A stretch of 64,000 nt of DNA, taken from positions 84,057-148,056 of the IMG/VR virus record IMGVR_UViG_3300030376_006203, one strand, 5' to 3'. The position numbers and the translations under genes were made by a program. Below the pieces are notes generated by a model. The model saw only the letters and a program-made list of their open reading frames with translations, was not told the DNA's origin and ran no database searches. The DNA comes from a virus (Duplodnaviria; Caudoviricetes). Positions 37,033 to 47,004 of the stretch are shown here, piece after piece (position 1 is the stretch's first letter; each line of letters opens with the position of its first letter).

Positions 37033-37311
37033 ATGAACTTTTTACAATTTGTATCAGAAGTAGGATTTCCAATAGCAGGTGCTGTGGCATCTGGTGTGTT
37101 CATATTCATCATTTTAAAATTTATATTAGCCACTGTGACAGGGTCTGTGAATGGTCTTAAAAACATCATTAAAGCACTGGACAACAGAGTTCAGACCATG
37201 AACAATGATCTAATTAAGATTGATGCTTTGCTTTCACACGTGACTGGAGTCAAACCCAATGTTGATAGACTTGCCGCCAACGAAGGCAAGGAAGATGCGA
37301 GGAAAGACTAG
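37033..37311 (+). CDS. small membrane protein (YvrJ/holin-like), paralog 1
   Basis: EVGFPIA + TM + coiled coil RVQTMNNDLIKI. Confidence 0.7.
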   Translation: MNFLQFVSEVGFPIAGAVASGVFIFIILKFILATVTGSVNGLKNIIKALDNRVQTMNNDLIKIDALLSHVTGVKPNVDRLAANEGKEDARKD

Positions 37312-37578
37312 ATGATCACACTTGAATTTGCCAACGCAATCAAAGAATTTGGATTCCCTATTGTAGCCGCATTTGGTTTGGGTTACTTTGTTTACTATGT
37401 GTGGACTTGGGTAACCAAAGAAATAAAACCTGTATTGGGCGAAGCCAACACAACACTGATAGCACTCATAGATAGAATAAGAATGTTAGACAATGACATG
37501 ATACGTTTAACACAAAAGTTAAACATGGTGCTTGAACACAAAGAAAAGCAAGACAAGAAAAAATCTAAGAAGACTTAA
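37312..37578 (+). CDS. small membrane protein, paralog 2
   Basis: EFGFPIV + TM + RIRMLDNDMIRL. Confidence 0.7.
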   Translation: MITLEFANAIKEFGFPIVAAFGLGYFVYYVWTWVTKEIKPVLGEANTTLIALIDRIRMLDNDMIRLTQKLNMVLEHKEKQDKKKSKKT

Positions 37579-39496
37579 CAGTATATACTTTAATATTCTC
37601 AGTCTTACCTTTGACTGTGATGCTGTCTATATAATCAAACGGGTAAACAGTTTCAATGGTGTGTCTTGTGTCCTCACCTATCACTATGGTCTTGCCTAAT
37701 GTTTTGCTTGAACTTTCTAATCTACTTGCTAGGTTAACTGCGTCACCAATCACTGAGTAATCAAATCTCTGTTCCGATCCCATGTTACCAACCAATGCGT
37801 CACCTGTATTGATTCCTATCCCTATGTTTATTTGAGGAAGTCCTTCTGCTTGAAGACGTACATTTAATTCTGCTAGTGCCTTAGTCATCTCAAGAGCACT
37901 CTTAACTGCCATCTCTCTATGTTTTTTATTTTCAATAGGTGCGTTCCAGAATGCCATGATACAGTCACCCATGAACTTGTCTATGGTTCCACCATTTGAT
38001 ATTATCACATCTGTCATGCGTGTTAAGAATCTGTTAATCAATTTTGTTAGTCCTGCTGGATTGCCTTTGTACTTCTCACTGATAGGTGTGAAGCCTCTGA
38101 TGTCACAGAACAAGAATGTCATGTTCCTTGTTTCGCCACCCAGTTTCAACAGAGATGGATCCTTCTGTAATTTTTTAACCATGCCAGGATCAAGATAGTG
38201 TTCAAACTGTTTCTTAATTTGTTGTCGCAGTCTGCTCTGTGTGGCAAAATTATTGTACACAGAATGAGACCAAATCAAAAACACAGACAACATTATCCAA
38301 GATGGATCTACAAGAAATCCTCTGTTGGTGTATGCCATGAATGATCCGTAGGCAACACCTACTTCCACAAACAACAATAGAGGCACAGCCAACAACACAC
38401 TGGTTCTAGGTAATACCATTATCAACAATAATAGTAACAGTGCCATAAACACAATTTCATAAGTGTCTGCTTGAGGTGTACGCAACAAATATTTGTCTGT
38501 GAGTAAAGTATCTAATGCTTGGGCAGTTATGTTCTGATCTGTTGTAAGTCCGTGTGGTGTATATTTTAACACACTCAATCCCGCGGCATCTAAACCAACA
38601 ATCACAATTCTATTTTTTATTTTGTTTTCATTGTAATTGCCTGAAAGAATATCACTTGCTGTCATATTCACATACATTGTAGGATCAGCATAGTTGATAT
38701 ACATTTCTGCATGATGATTCACAGGTATGCCTGCTTTTTTACTCACAAGCACTTCATCTATGCCATGTTGTTTGGCTACAACTTTAATTCTTTTTGAATT
38801 GTTTAACAACCTAACATTTTCTAATATCATGCTGGGATAAATTTTTCCATTTATTCTAATCAACACAGGCATTTTTCTTACCACAGCATCTGGTTCTGGT
38901 GATGTTACATTTACTCCCATACCAGTGGCACCTGCTGAGACTTTTGCGTGTGGAGAAACAATGCCACCAAACTCATACAACCATGGTTTGACATTGCCCT
39001 TTTCGATAATCTTTGTGGTGCTGGGTAAATTTGTATCAGACTCATTTTTCACACTCATCATGAGTACTGCTTTATTTGATTCTTTCAACACTATAGAAAA
39101 CACAGCATCTGTATCCAATAAAATATTACTCAATTGATCCCGCACATCATTAGTCATGGGCATTGATTTTAAATATTCAACGCCACTCATTCTATCTGGT
39201 TCAGCAAATAATATATTGTAGTTCACAAGTATGGCACCAGCATCAGACAGTTTAGCATGAAGCATAGCCATTATGTGTCTGGGCCATGGCCATTGCCCAT
39301 ATGTTTTTAAATCTTGTTCTGTGATGTTTACCACAGTGACTGAATCACTTACAATCTGTCTTGGTTGTATTGTTTGAAATTTGTCCCATGTCTTGTATCT
39401 TAAAATTTTTATTGTGTCACTGTTGTCTATTCTTATTCCAGTCAACACTATGGCAAACACAATCACCATCCATATGCTTGTTAAAAATTTATTCAT
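37565..39496 (-). CDS. CHASE2-domain class III adenylate/guanylate cyclase
   Basis: GQWPWPR and DAVVRK CHASE2 motifs, three TMs, FCDIRGFT, DKFMGDCIMAFW, DYSVIGDAVNLASRLES, VKGK; the K/D specificity residues suggest ATP. Confidence 0.93.
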   Translation of the reverse strand: MNKFLTSIWMVIVFAIVLTGIRIDNSDTIKILRYKTWDKFQTIQPRQIVSDSVTVVNITEQDLKTYGQWPWPRHIMAMLHAKLSDAGAILVNYNILFAEPDRMSGVEYLKSMPMTNDVRDQLSNILLDTDAVFSIVLKESNKAVLMMSVKNESDTNLPSTTKIIEKGNVKPWLYEFGGIVSPHAKVSAGATGMGVNVTSPEPDAVVRKMPVLIRINGKIYPSMILENVRLLNNSKRIKVVAKQHGIDEVLVSKKAGIPVNHHAEMYINYADPTMYVNMTASDILSGNYNENKIKNRIVIVGLDAAGLSVLKYTPHGLTTDQNITAQALDTLLTDKYLLRTPQADTYEIVFMALLLLLLIMVLPRTSVLLAVPLLLFVEVGVAYGSFMAYTNRGFLVDPSWIMLSVFLIWSHSVYNNFATQSRLRQQIKKQFEHYLDPGMVKKLQKDPSLLKLGGETRNMTFLFCDIRGFTPISEKYKGNPAGLTKLINRFLTRMTDVIISNGGTIDKFMGDCIMAFWNAPIENKKHREMAVKSALEMTKALAELNVRLQAEGLPQINIGIGINTGDALVGNMGSEQRFDYSVIGDAVNLASRLESSSKTLGKTIVIGEDTRHTIETVYPFDYIDSITVKGKTENIKVYTVKSS

Positions 39497-39858
39497 CCTA
39501 ATTCTTTCAGTCCTTCAAGTATGCCAATTGATACGCCAAAGAACAGTGAAAGTCCTAACATTATCACAGGACTTAATAACCACAAGTACCAGTAGTAACG
39601 AAATATATTCTGTCCTCTTGCCAATCTTATTTTACGTTGATCCAAAAACCAATGCACTATTCTTTTTATAAAGCCTTTGATATGTTTGTTTACAAATTTA
39701 TTCAACAACCAACGTATCACTCTCATCACAATCAGTATGGGAGAACTCAGCACATCAAACACAATCAGGAACACATCAACACTGAAGTCTACAATGTTGT
39801 CTGCTGTGCAGGCTTTCTTCCATCTCTCTTTAAGTGTAAGTTTCTTTTGTTCTTCCAT
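39493..39858 (-). CDS. membrane protein
   Basis: Two hydrophobic segments; overlaps the cyclase start. Confidence 0.65.
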   Translation of the reverse strand: MEEQKKLTLKERWKKACTADNIVDFSVDVFLIVFDVLSSPILIVMRVIRWLLNKFVNKHIKGFIKRIVHWFLDQRKIRLARGQNIFRYYWYLWLLSPVIMLGLSLFFGVSIGILEGLKELG

Positions 39859-39859
39859 T

Positions 39860-40585
39860 TTATCTTTCTTGTAGTGCTTGACCAATGCTGTTATGGAATG
39901 GTGTTGTAATATAACTTAAAATTGTTCGCTCTCCAGTCAAAACAAAAACGTGTACCTGTACACCCGGCACCAACTTATACTGCATTTCTCCATTGGCAAA
40001 AGCCTGAGAATCTAATTCTAATTCTATTTCATAGTAAGACATTGTTTGTTTTTGTACAGCATCAGGCGATATAGATATTATCTTTGCTCCTATAGGAAGA
40101 TATGTAAATGCTTCAGAACTTGCCAATTTTATTTTTGCTGATTGTCCTACTTCAACATAACCTCTGTCTTTAACTTGTAATTGTCCTTGAACAATTAATT
40201 TTTGATCTAGTGGTACCAACACTGCCAAAGCATCACCTTGTTTAACAACTGATCCTGGATTTTTAAACGTAAGTTCTTGTATCTTTCCATCTATGTTTGC
40301 TTTGATATGATAAGGTTCATAGCCTACACCTGGATTGATTGTGATTATGATGTCGCCTTTGTTGACCACATCTCCTTGTTTGTGATTTACTTTTACAATC
40401 TCTCCTGTAACCATGGTGCCAAGTGTTGTAATATTTTTCTCAGGTACAACCAGTCCATTGGCAACAGTGGTTATGTCAACTTTAGAAAATGACATCCACA
40501 CAAAGAACACAACAAATAGACTTGTCAACAAGACAAAGAATTTATTGTTTGATGAAACTGATGATTTCTGTTGTTGCTCTATCAC
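39860..40585 (-). CDS. HlyD-family membrane fusion protein (short)
   Basis: TM, ANGLVVP, GDVVNKGD, IKANIDGKI, GSVVKQGD, ISPDA, LVPG, TGERTILSY. Confidence 0.85.
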   Translation of the reverse strand: MIEQQQKSSVSSNNKFFVLLTSLFVVFFVWMSFSKVDITTVANGLVVPEKNITTLGTMVTGEIVKVNHKQGDVVNKGDIIITINPGVGYEPYHIKANIDGKIQELTFKNPGSVVKQGDALAVLVPLDQKLIVQGQLQVKDRGYVEVGQSAKIKLASSEAFTYLPIGAKIISISPDAVQKQTMSYYEIELELDSQAFANGEMQYKLVPGVQVHVFVLTGERTILSYITTPFHNSIGQALQER

Positions 40586-41294
40586 GTTGTTTTATTGCCT
40601 CCTTTGCTTTGGCATATTTGTTAGCACCTTGCAGTGCTCTTGCCGCCAATATGTTTGAACCTATTAGTAGTCCCACATCCAATGAGCCTGCGATAATTTG
40701 TGTCGCACCTACTGACATAATAACCACTGTCATAAGTCCTGTTAAAAATATTTCTAAATTTGTTGTGCTGTGAATCTGCAGGCTTAGGTTCATTCGTTGT
40801 GCTGTCAACACTATCATTATAATCATGAATATAGCCGCAATTATTGCCGCTGTCCAATTTATGTACAGCAACACAATAAGAAATGCCAACACGAATGGCC
40901 AATCTAGAATCCAACCGGTTGTGGCTGATGTCCTCATATTTTTTATTGTTGTGCCTGCACCATCCAACTTTTTATATTGCTCGGCTGTGAGTTGTCCTGC
41001 TTTGCTGAATTTTTCTCCAAATGCTTTCAACAGAGGATCGTAAACACGTTGGTTGTGTGCTGTCATCATTGCGCCTCTATTCTGTCTGAATCCAAATTCA
41101 AACGCCAGCAACATAATGGCTCCCATAGCCAAAGATATTAATGTTGATGTAACTCCTGATGCTAGATATTTGTTTAACACAATTATCACAAACAACGCAG
41201 GTGCCAAGGCACAGATGTTGATGATCAAACTGCTTGTTAATAGCATTATAGCATTCGATTTATCGCGGAATAACTGTCGTAAAAAACTTGTCAT
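40542..41294 (-). CDS. type I secretion ABC transmembrane domain, no nucleotide-binding domain
   Basis: SLIINICALAPALF, ILDWPFVLAFL, GSLDVGLLIGSNILAARAL; no Walker A/B or LSGGQ. Confidence 0.8.
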   Translation of the reverse strand: MTSFLRQLFRDKSNAIMLLTSSLIINICALAPALFVIIVLNKYLASGVTSTLISLAMGAIMLLAFEFGFRQNRGAMMTAHNQRVYDPLLKAFGEKFSKAGQLTAEQYKKLDGAGTTIKNMRTSATTGWILDWPFVLAFLIVLLYINWTAAIIAAIFMIIMIVLTAQRMNLSLQIHSTTNLEIFLTGLMTVVIMSVGATQIIAGSLDVGLLIGSNILAARALQGANKYAKAKEAIKQRDRATTEIISFIKQ

Positions 41295-41303
41295 ATATAG
41301 TAG

Positions 41304-41309
41304 TATTTA
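41304..41309 (-). promoter_or_regulatory. late promoter core TAAATA
   Basis: 9 nt upstream of the ABC-TMD ATG. Confidence 0.5.
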
Positions 41310-41322
41310 ATTGATTTGGTAA

Positions 41323-43059
41323 TTAAAGAAGTGGGTCCACAAGACCTAACACCTTGTGCAGTTGATATCTAGCAATCTGCCAATCTATCAATGCGTTGGC
41401 ATAGGCAACTTCACTCATTATGTGTGCTGTCTTCATGCCAAACACAGCCATGATAGGTGAATTTCCTGCTTGAAAATCTGCCAGTGTCAATTTGTACATT
41501 TCATCGTTGATTTCAACTGTTCTTTTCAAAGTAGCCAGATTCTTTTCAACCAACACATAATTGTTCCAAGCATTATCAAACTGTTCTTGTGTGGTTCTTA
41601 ACACATCCGTATATCTAAAGTTTGCGGCATTCAAACGAGAACGGTCTGCGTTTGTCAAGTGTCTGTTTTTAAAATTAAACAGTTTCCATGTCATTGTGAT
41701 GTCTGCTCTCCACTCTTCTTTTTGTGAATTATGTGTGTCATAACCACCACCTAGTTCACCGTCCTTCTCTGTGTATGAAAGTTTGCCGTCAACTCTAGGT
41801 TTGAATTCCGCACGGTCAAAATTTAATTGTTCTTGAGCAATCGTGATATCCATGCTGGCAATACGCAGTGTGGTATTATTGGACACTGGAGTTCCTTGTA
41901 CAGGAATCATGCCCAATGCATCCACTAAAGGTTTTGGCATACCTGCGATGTTGTGTGGCTTGAATCTCCAAACGTTTTGGAATCTCTGTATCGCACTATC
42001 AAGACCTAGTCTGCTTGTCATTGAAAGTGTTTGATATGTTCTGTATTGTTGTTCTATTTGCAGTTGTTCCAATTTAGAACCTTCACCTTTTTTAACTTTT
42101 TCTATTGTCATAGCAAGTGTAACTTTAGCATTGGCTTCTACTTTTTTATTGGCTTCGTGTGTGTTGTATGCTTTCATCAAGTTTAACCAAGCATTGATTG
42201 CCTCAATGATCACATCTTCTTTTACCAGTTCTAATCTGTAGTGTGCCTGTTGAGCAGTTGCTTTGGCTTTGTCTATCATGGCATTGGTTCTGCCTGCGTC
42301 CCAAATCATTTGTGTGATTGTGATTGACTTTTGAATACCTTGTTTAGAATCATGTGTGATTGTGTTGTTGGGATATGTACCTTTAGCAGGAGTTCTGTCG
42401 TCTTCCCAGTTGTTGCCAATTGATATAGAAACTTGCGGATAGTATGCTGTGTATTCTGATTTGAGTGCCTCAACAGCCGCTTCGTAATCAAGTTCTGCCG
42501 CTTTGATCTTTTCGTTCTCAACAATCAGTCTTGGTAACAATTCATGAAACTGCATCCATGTAATTTTTTGATCAGCATCAACATCAGCCCATTCTTTTTC
42601 AGTAGCCTGTTCTACCAATTTCTCATCTGCTTTGGCATCTATTTCTTTTTTAGCAATTTCTTTTTTTACTTCAGGCTTCTGTGTTTCTTCAACAGATGTT
42701 TCTGCCAGTTTCTTTTTCTCAATGTGTTCTTTAACTTTGTCTTCTGTTGCTATTACTTCTTTTTCAATTTTTTCTAACTTTTCTACCTTCTCTGTGGCTT
42801 TGGGAGCCTCTTCAACTTTGTCTTTGAATTTCTTTATGGGATTTTCTTTTTTCTTTTTGGGTGCTTCAACTATCTCTATGGTTAATCCTTCCACAGGTTT
42901 GGATCTAATCCTTGCTTGATTATCACCACACTTCTCTTGGATATAAGTTTCTGTTTCCTCAACCACTTCCCATTCACAACCTCCACTGTCTTCCGCAAAG
43001 ACGGCTATGTTCCAATTGAACATAATTGCTATCAAAATGTAGTGTACGAGTTTGTTCAT
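41323..43059 (-). CDS. TolC-family outer membrane channel with a charged N-terminal extension
   Basis: Signal peptide; AYYPQVSI, ITQMIWDAG, FKPRVD, MTWKLF, ARYQLHKVLG outer-membrane efflux repeats. Confidence 0.85.
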   Translation of the reverse strand: MNKLVHYILIAIMFNWNIAVFAEDSGGCEWEVVEETETYIQEKCGDNQARIRSKPVEGLTIEIVEAPKKKKENPIKKFKDKVEEAPKATEKVEKLEKIEKEVIATEDKVKEHIEKKKLAETSVEETQKPEVKKEIAKKEIDAKADEKLVEQATEKEWADVDADQKITWMQFHELLPRLIVENEKIKAAELDYEAAVEALKSEYTAYYPQVSISIGNNWEDDRTPAKGTYPNNTITHDSKQGIQKSITITQMIWDAGRTNAMIDKAKATAQQAHYRLELVKEDVIIEAINAWLNLMKAYNTHEANKKVEANAKVTLAMTIEKVKKGEGSKLEQLQIEQQYRTYQTLSMTSRLGLDSAIQRFQNVWRFKPHNIAGMPKPLVDALGMIPVQGTPVSNNTTLRIASMDITIAQEQLNFDRAEFKPRVDGKLSYTEKDGELGGGYDTHNSQKEEWRADITMTWKLFNFKNRHLTNADRSRLNAANFRYTDVLRTTQEQFDNAWNNYVLVEKNLATLKRTVEINDEMYKLTLADFQAGNSPIMAVFGMKTAHIMSEVAYANALIDWQIARYQLHKVLGLVDPLL

Positions 43060-43069
43060 TATATACCTA

Positions 43070-43075
43070 TATTTA
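43070..43075 (-). promoter_or_regulatory. late promoter core TAAATA
   Basis: 10 nt upstream of the TolC ATG. Confidence 0.5.
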
Positions 43076-43078
43076 GCA

Positions 43079-46000
43079 TTATCCAGAAACCACCACTTCT
43101 GAGATCAATGCTGACTCTGTCTCGATCAGTGCGTAGTTGATGTCATCAAATTGTGAGAAATTACTCAGGTCAAGATATGCGTTGTAGCCTGTGGTGTTTG
43201 CGACCGTGACTGTGTTGCCGATCTCCACTGACCAACTGCCACCGCTGTATGTGACCGGTGTCACTTTGAAAGAGTAGTCGCCTGTGGCATCAGAGTCCTG
43301 TGTCAGATAGTCCTCTGAGTCATCCAGGATCTTGATCTTGTCCAGATTGAAAGTGTCAGTGGTCTCCCAAAGGTCACCGTCTCCGTCCCTATCGTATCCT
43401 ATCACACCATAGTGGTCATCCGCCTGTGTGGGTGTTGGTCCGGCGTCCATGTCTGTGTTGAAGGCCCAATATACAGAGTCCGCCGAGTCATCCCACACAA
43501 GGTCAATGTGGTCCATACCACCACCGATGTACACGTTGTTGCCCAGGTGTATGGCCTCAACAGCGGTGATGTCGTTCTCTGCGGTGTGCGTTCCTGAGCC
43601 AACTGTGTCTCTGAATACTGGAATGAATTCCGAGTCAACCACTATGCCTGCACCGTCGGATTCTGTCATTGCGTCCTCGTTCTGTTCTTGAAGCCACGTG
43701 GCAATTTCCTTGTGGTGATTCGTACTTCCGATGTAACCCGAAGAACTGTGACCGTCGATGTCACCCCAGGCAAGGAATGTTCCTGTGTATTCTGCTTCTG
43801 TGTCCTCTCTGCTCCATTCCGCTATCGCACCCTCATTGCCGTCACCGTTTGAGGAAACTAGATCTCCCCTACCCATGTATTCCTTGTGATAGACTGATGT
43901 GGAACCTCCCACAGTTGCACTCAACACACTATTGGTGTCACTCCAGGCCCTGTATTCTGCCGCTATATTCTGACTACCATTACCCACACCACTTATCATT
44001 CCTGTGTTGGTGGATGACGTGGTGTCAATGATGTTGATGAAATCTTCCTGGTCCTGATTTCTTTTATCGTCCCAATAACTGTGTTCAGTGATGGACACCA
44101 GAGAACCTCCTGACATCAAGTATGCCTTCCAGGCGTCGGTTAAGGAAGTGTTAGTGTTGATACGAGTGTTCCAGTTGAAGTCCCAGATCTGTGAGAACTG
44201 TGAGGCATATTTGAGTGTATTGGACGCCCAGTTACCCGAAGCGTCTGTGTCATACGTTACAGAGAACAAATCATCCAGTTGGCCACCCGCCTGGTTGTTT
44301 CCACTAATACTTCTGTCACCATGCAACGCCAAAATCTTGCCTTCCGCCCATGCGTTGTTCAACACCATGTCCTGTGAGTACCTTGCTCCCCAGGCATCTA
44401 ATGAGGTGTTGCTTATGCTTTGGGTGTGTGTTGCGGAGATCACCTCGTTGACGTCCGTGACATTGACCACTTGGTTCGTAGTTGATGTGTTGCCAAATGC
44501 ATCTGTGGCTGTGATTGTTAAATTGTAACTGGTTGTGGTCTCATAGTCCAGTGCCGCCGCTGTGGTGATTGCACCTGTGCTGGAGTTTATTGTGAATGCG
44601 TTGCCTGTGTTACCTGCTGTGATTGAATATGTGATTGTTTCACTCTCTGCATCAGAGGCAGATATTGTTGACACTGATGTGCCTGTGCTGACATCCTCTG
44701 CCAATGACACAGCACTGGTGTTGGATATCACAGGTGAGTGATTGTTCTCCACAGTGATCTGCCATTCGTCAATGTCTGCGGCTCCGTATGGATCTTGCAC
44801 TTTCAATAATATGCTGTATGTGGTGTCCTCTGTGACAGAGAAAGCAGAGTCTAAATAAATTCTATTGCCAGATATTCTTAACTTTCCTGATGGATCAGCA
44901 AATATAGAATAAGTCAATTGATCACCATTGGCATCTGACCCATACACATTTCCTAAAGTCGATCCCACTGCTAGGTTTTCATTCACACTCACATCATTTG
45001 GCATATCCAACCAAGGTGCTACATTTACATCTTGTTCTTGGGCCAGTTCGTAAATGAATTGATCCATGATATCATCGGCTTCAATGGCATTGTAGTAGGC
45101 ATTTTCGTTGGCATCTACCACTTCAAACAAATCATCTTGTTCTGCCTCTAGAGCATAATAATCATCAGCATTCATTATGCCATCTCCAGCACCATCAAAA
45201 TATTCATCAATATTACCTGCATTGACCACCATCATGTCTTTGACTTGCTGATCAACCACTTCGTTTTCAGGATCCATTTCTTTGAAAAAATCTTCCATTT
45301 CTTGTGCGATAGGTTCTTCAGCCAACACTTTCTCTTTTTCTTCTTGTAGTAACTGTTCTACCACTTGGTCATCTACTTGATTTTCTTCATCAACGTCGAA
45401 CACATCATTGTCTTCATTGAAACCTGGACCGTCTTCTGGATTGACTATTTCTCCATTATCCAAATTAATCATTACATTGTCTTCTTCAATCATTTCTTCT
45501 AGTTCTTGAAATTCTTCGTTGTTTTCCAATTCCTGCATCTGCTCTTTAACATTCTCTTCAGCAAAAATATCTTCAGGTTCTTCCTCAATGATTTCTTGTG
45601 GTTTATCAATCTCTTCTTTGATTTCTTCCATCACATTTTCTTTGAATTCTTCTATAAATTCAATTGGTGCTTCTTCTATGAACTGTTGGAGTTCTTCTTC
45701 AGGTATAAAGTTTTCAAACTCCTGAACAAATTCTTCTTGGAACTTTTCAAAGTTTTGTACAATGGCTTCAAATCTTTCTTCAACTGCTAGAACTTTTTGT
45801 TCAACAATTAATTCTTGTTCAATAACTTGTTGAACTTCTTTTTCTACAATTTCAACTTTGGCTTCTATCTCTGCAAAATCTTCTTGTACTTCAGCAAATT
45901 CTTTCTCTATCTCTTGAACTTTCTTTTCAACATCGGCTTTCTTTTCAGCCACCACTTCAATCTCTTTTTCTATTTGTTGTACTTCTTCTTCGATCTCTTC

Positions 46001-46978
46001 GAATTCTTCTTCTAGTTGTTGTAGTTCTTGTTCAATTTTTTCTCTTTCTTCAACAGGTGCGTCATCCAATTGTTCTTCTAGTTCCTCAATTTCTTCTGCA
46101 ACTTCTTCTTTCTTTTCTTCGGCTTGTTCTTTTTCTTCTAAAACTTGTTCTTCGGCTTCTTCTAACTCTTCAGCCTCCTCTTCAAGTTCTTCAGCCTCCT
46201 CTTCCAATTCCTCAGATTTTTCTTCAAGTTCTTCAGCCTCTTCTTCTAGTTGTTCTTTTTCTTCTTCAAGTTCCTCTTTTTCTTCTTCTAATTCTTCCGC
46301 CTCTTTTTCTGCTTCTGCTTTTTCTTTAGCGGCTTCTTCAGTTTCTCTTTCAACTTCTGCTTTGGCTTCTGTTTTTTTAGTTGTTGCGATTGTAGTAGCA
46401 AACTTTTTAAGCACCACTTCTTTTGGCAATATGACTGGAACTGTAGGCACAGTGTATGGATCAGTGATCACTGTGGCTTGGTATGCCTCAGTCAATAGCA
46501 CTTCACCAGATTCGTTTTTAATCATTACTTGTCCAACTGAACCATCTTCGTTGGGTAACAATACTATCTCGTTTTCTTCTCCATCTGTGTTGGCTTTACC
46601 CGCTACCTGTGTGCCTCTTACACCAATAGTCAATACGGGTGTTGTCACCTTCATAGCGTCATTGCCTACCTTGGCAATCTGTCCTGAAACAAAAGAAAAG
46701 TTACCTTCTAACACATTGGCATTCATAGATCCCACAGTTGGATTCTCAGGATCATACACAAAGTCGTCAATCACCATTGTGCTGTTTGGGTCAACAGACA
46801 TTGTGGTCTCATCTGCAAAAGCAATACCCACAGCAGTTCCGCCTGCACTGATTACGTCATCAAGATAGATGAAATCACCTTCGTTCAATGTCAATGTCTG
46901 ATCACCACGCTGAATCGTAAACGATTGTTCCGCTGTGGTAATTTTTCCAATTGCTTGTGGATCTTTGAAAACTGCCAT
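43079..46978 (-). CDS. large FecR/retention-domain, acidic coiled-coil, cadherin-repeat protein (putative T1SS substrate/adhesin)
   Basis: N-terminal FADETTMSVDPNSTMVIDDFVYDP...TPVLTIGVRGT; Glu-rich heptads; two cadherin repeats (SVNEN..., SLAED...LDYETTTSYNLTITATD...VTDVNE); no signal peptide. Confidence 0.85.
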   Translation of the reverse strand: MAVFKDPQAIGKITTAEQSFTIQRGDQTLTLNEGDFIYLDDVISAGGTAVGIAFADETTMSVDPNSTMVIDDFVYDPENPTVGSMNANVLEGNFSFVSGQIAKVGNDAMKVTTPVLTIGVRGTQVAGKANTDGEENEIVLLPNEDGSVGQVMIKNESGEVLLTEAYQATVITDPYTVPTVPVILPKEVVLKKFATTIATTKKTEAKAEVERETEEAAKEKAEAEKEAEELEEEKEELEEEKEQLEEEAEELEEKSEELEEEAEELEEEAEELEEAEEQVLEEKEQAEEKKEEVAEEIEELEEQLDDAPVEEREKIEQELQQLEEEFEEIEEEVQQIEKEIEVVAEKKADVEKKVQEIEKEFAEVQEDFAEIEAKVEIVEKEVQQVIEQELIVEQKVLAVEERFEAIVQNFEKFQEEFVQEFENFIPEEELQQFIEEAPIEFIEEFKENVMEEIKEEIDKPQEIIEEEPEDIFAEENVKEQMQELENNEEFQELEEMIEEDNVMINLDNGEIVNPEDGPGFNEDNDVFDVDEENQVDDQVVEQLLQEEKEKVLAEEPIAQEMEDFFKEMDPENEVVDQQVKDMMVVNAGNIDEYFDGAGDGIMNADDYYALEAEQDDLFEVVDANENAYYNAIEADDIMDQFIYELAQEQDVNVAPWLDMPNDVSVNENLAVGSTLGNVYGSDANGDQLTYSIFADPSGKLRISGNRIYLDSAFSVTEDTTYSILLKVQDPYGAADIDEWQITVENNHSPVISNTSAVSLAEDVSTGTSVSTISASDAESETITYSITAGNTGNAFTINSSTGAITTAAALDYETTTSYNLTITATDAFGNTSTTNQVVNVTDVNEVISATHTQSISNTSLDAWGARYSQDMVLNNAWAEGKILALHGDRSISGNNQAGGQLDDLFSVTYDTDASGNWASNTLKYASQFSQIWDFNWNTRINTNTSLTDAWKAYLMSGGSLVSITEHSYWDDKRNQDQEDFINIIDTTSSTNTGMISGVGNGSQNIAAEYRAWSDTNSVLSATVGGSTSVYHKEYMGRGDLVSSNGDGNEGAIAEWSREDTEAEYTGTFLAWGDIDGHSSSGYIGSTNHHKEIATWLQEQNEDAMTESDGAGIVVDSEFIPVFRDTVGSGTHTAENDITAVEAIHLGNNVYIGGGMDHIDLVWDDSADSVYWAFNTDMDAGPTPTQADDHYGVIGYDRDGDGDLWETTDTFNLDKIKILDDSEDYLTQDSDATGDYSFKVTPVTYSGGSWSVEIGNTVTVANTTGYNAYLDLSNFSQFDDINYALIETESALISEVVVSG
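46150..46310 (-). repeat. imperfect 21-nt tandem repeats encoding EEEAEEL/EEEKEEL heptads
   Basis: For example tcttcagcctcctcttcaagt repeated; protein AEELEEEKEELEEEKEQLEEEAEELEEKSEELEEEAEELEEEAEEL. Confidence 0.7.
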
Positions 46979-47004
46979 GTGTTCGTACCCTTTTCTATTA
47001 TTAT

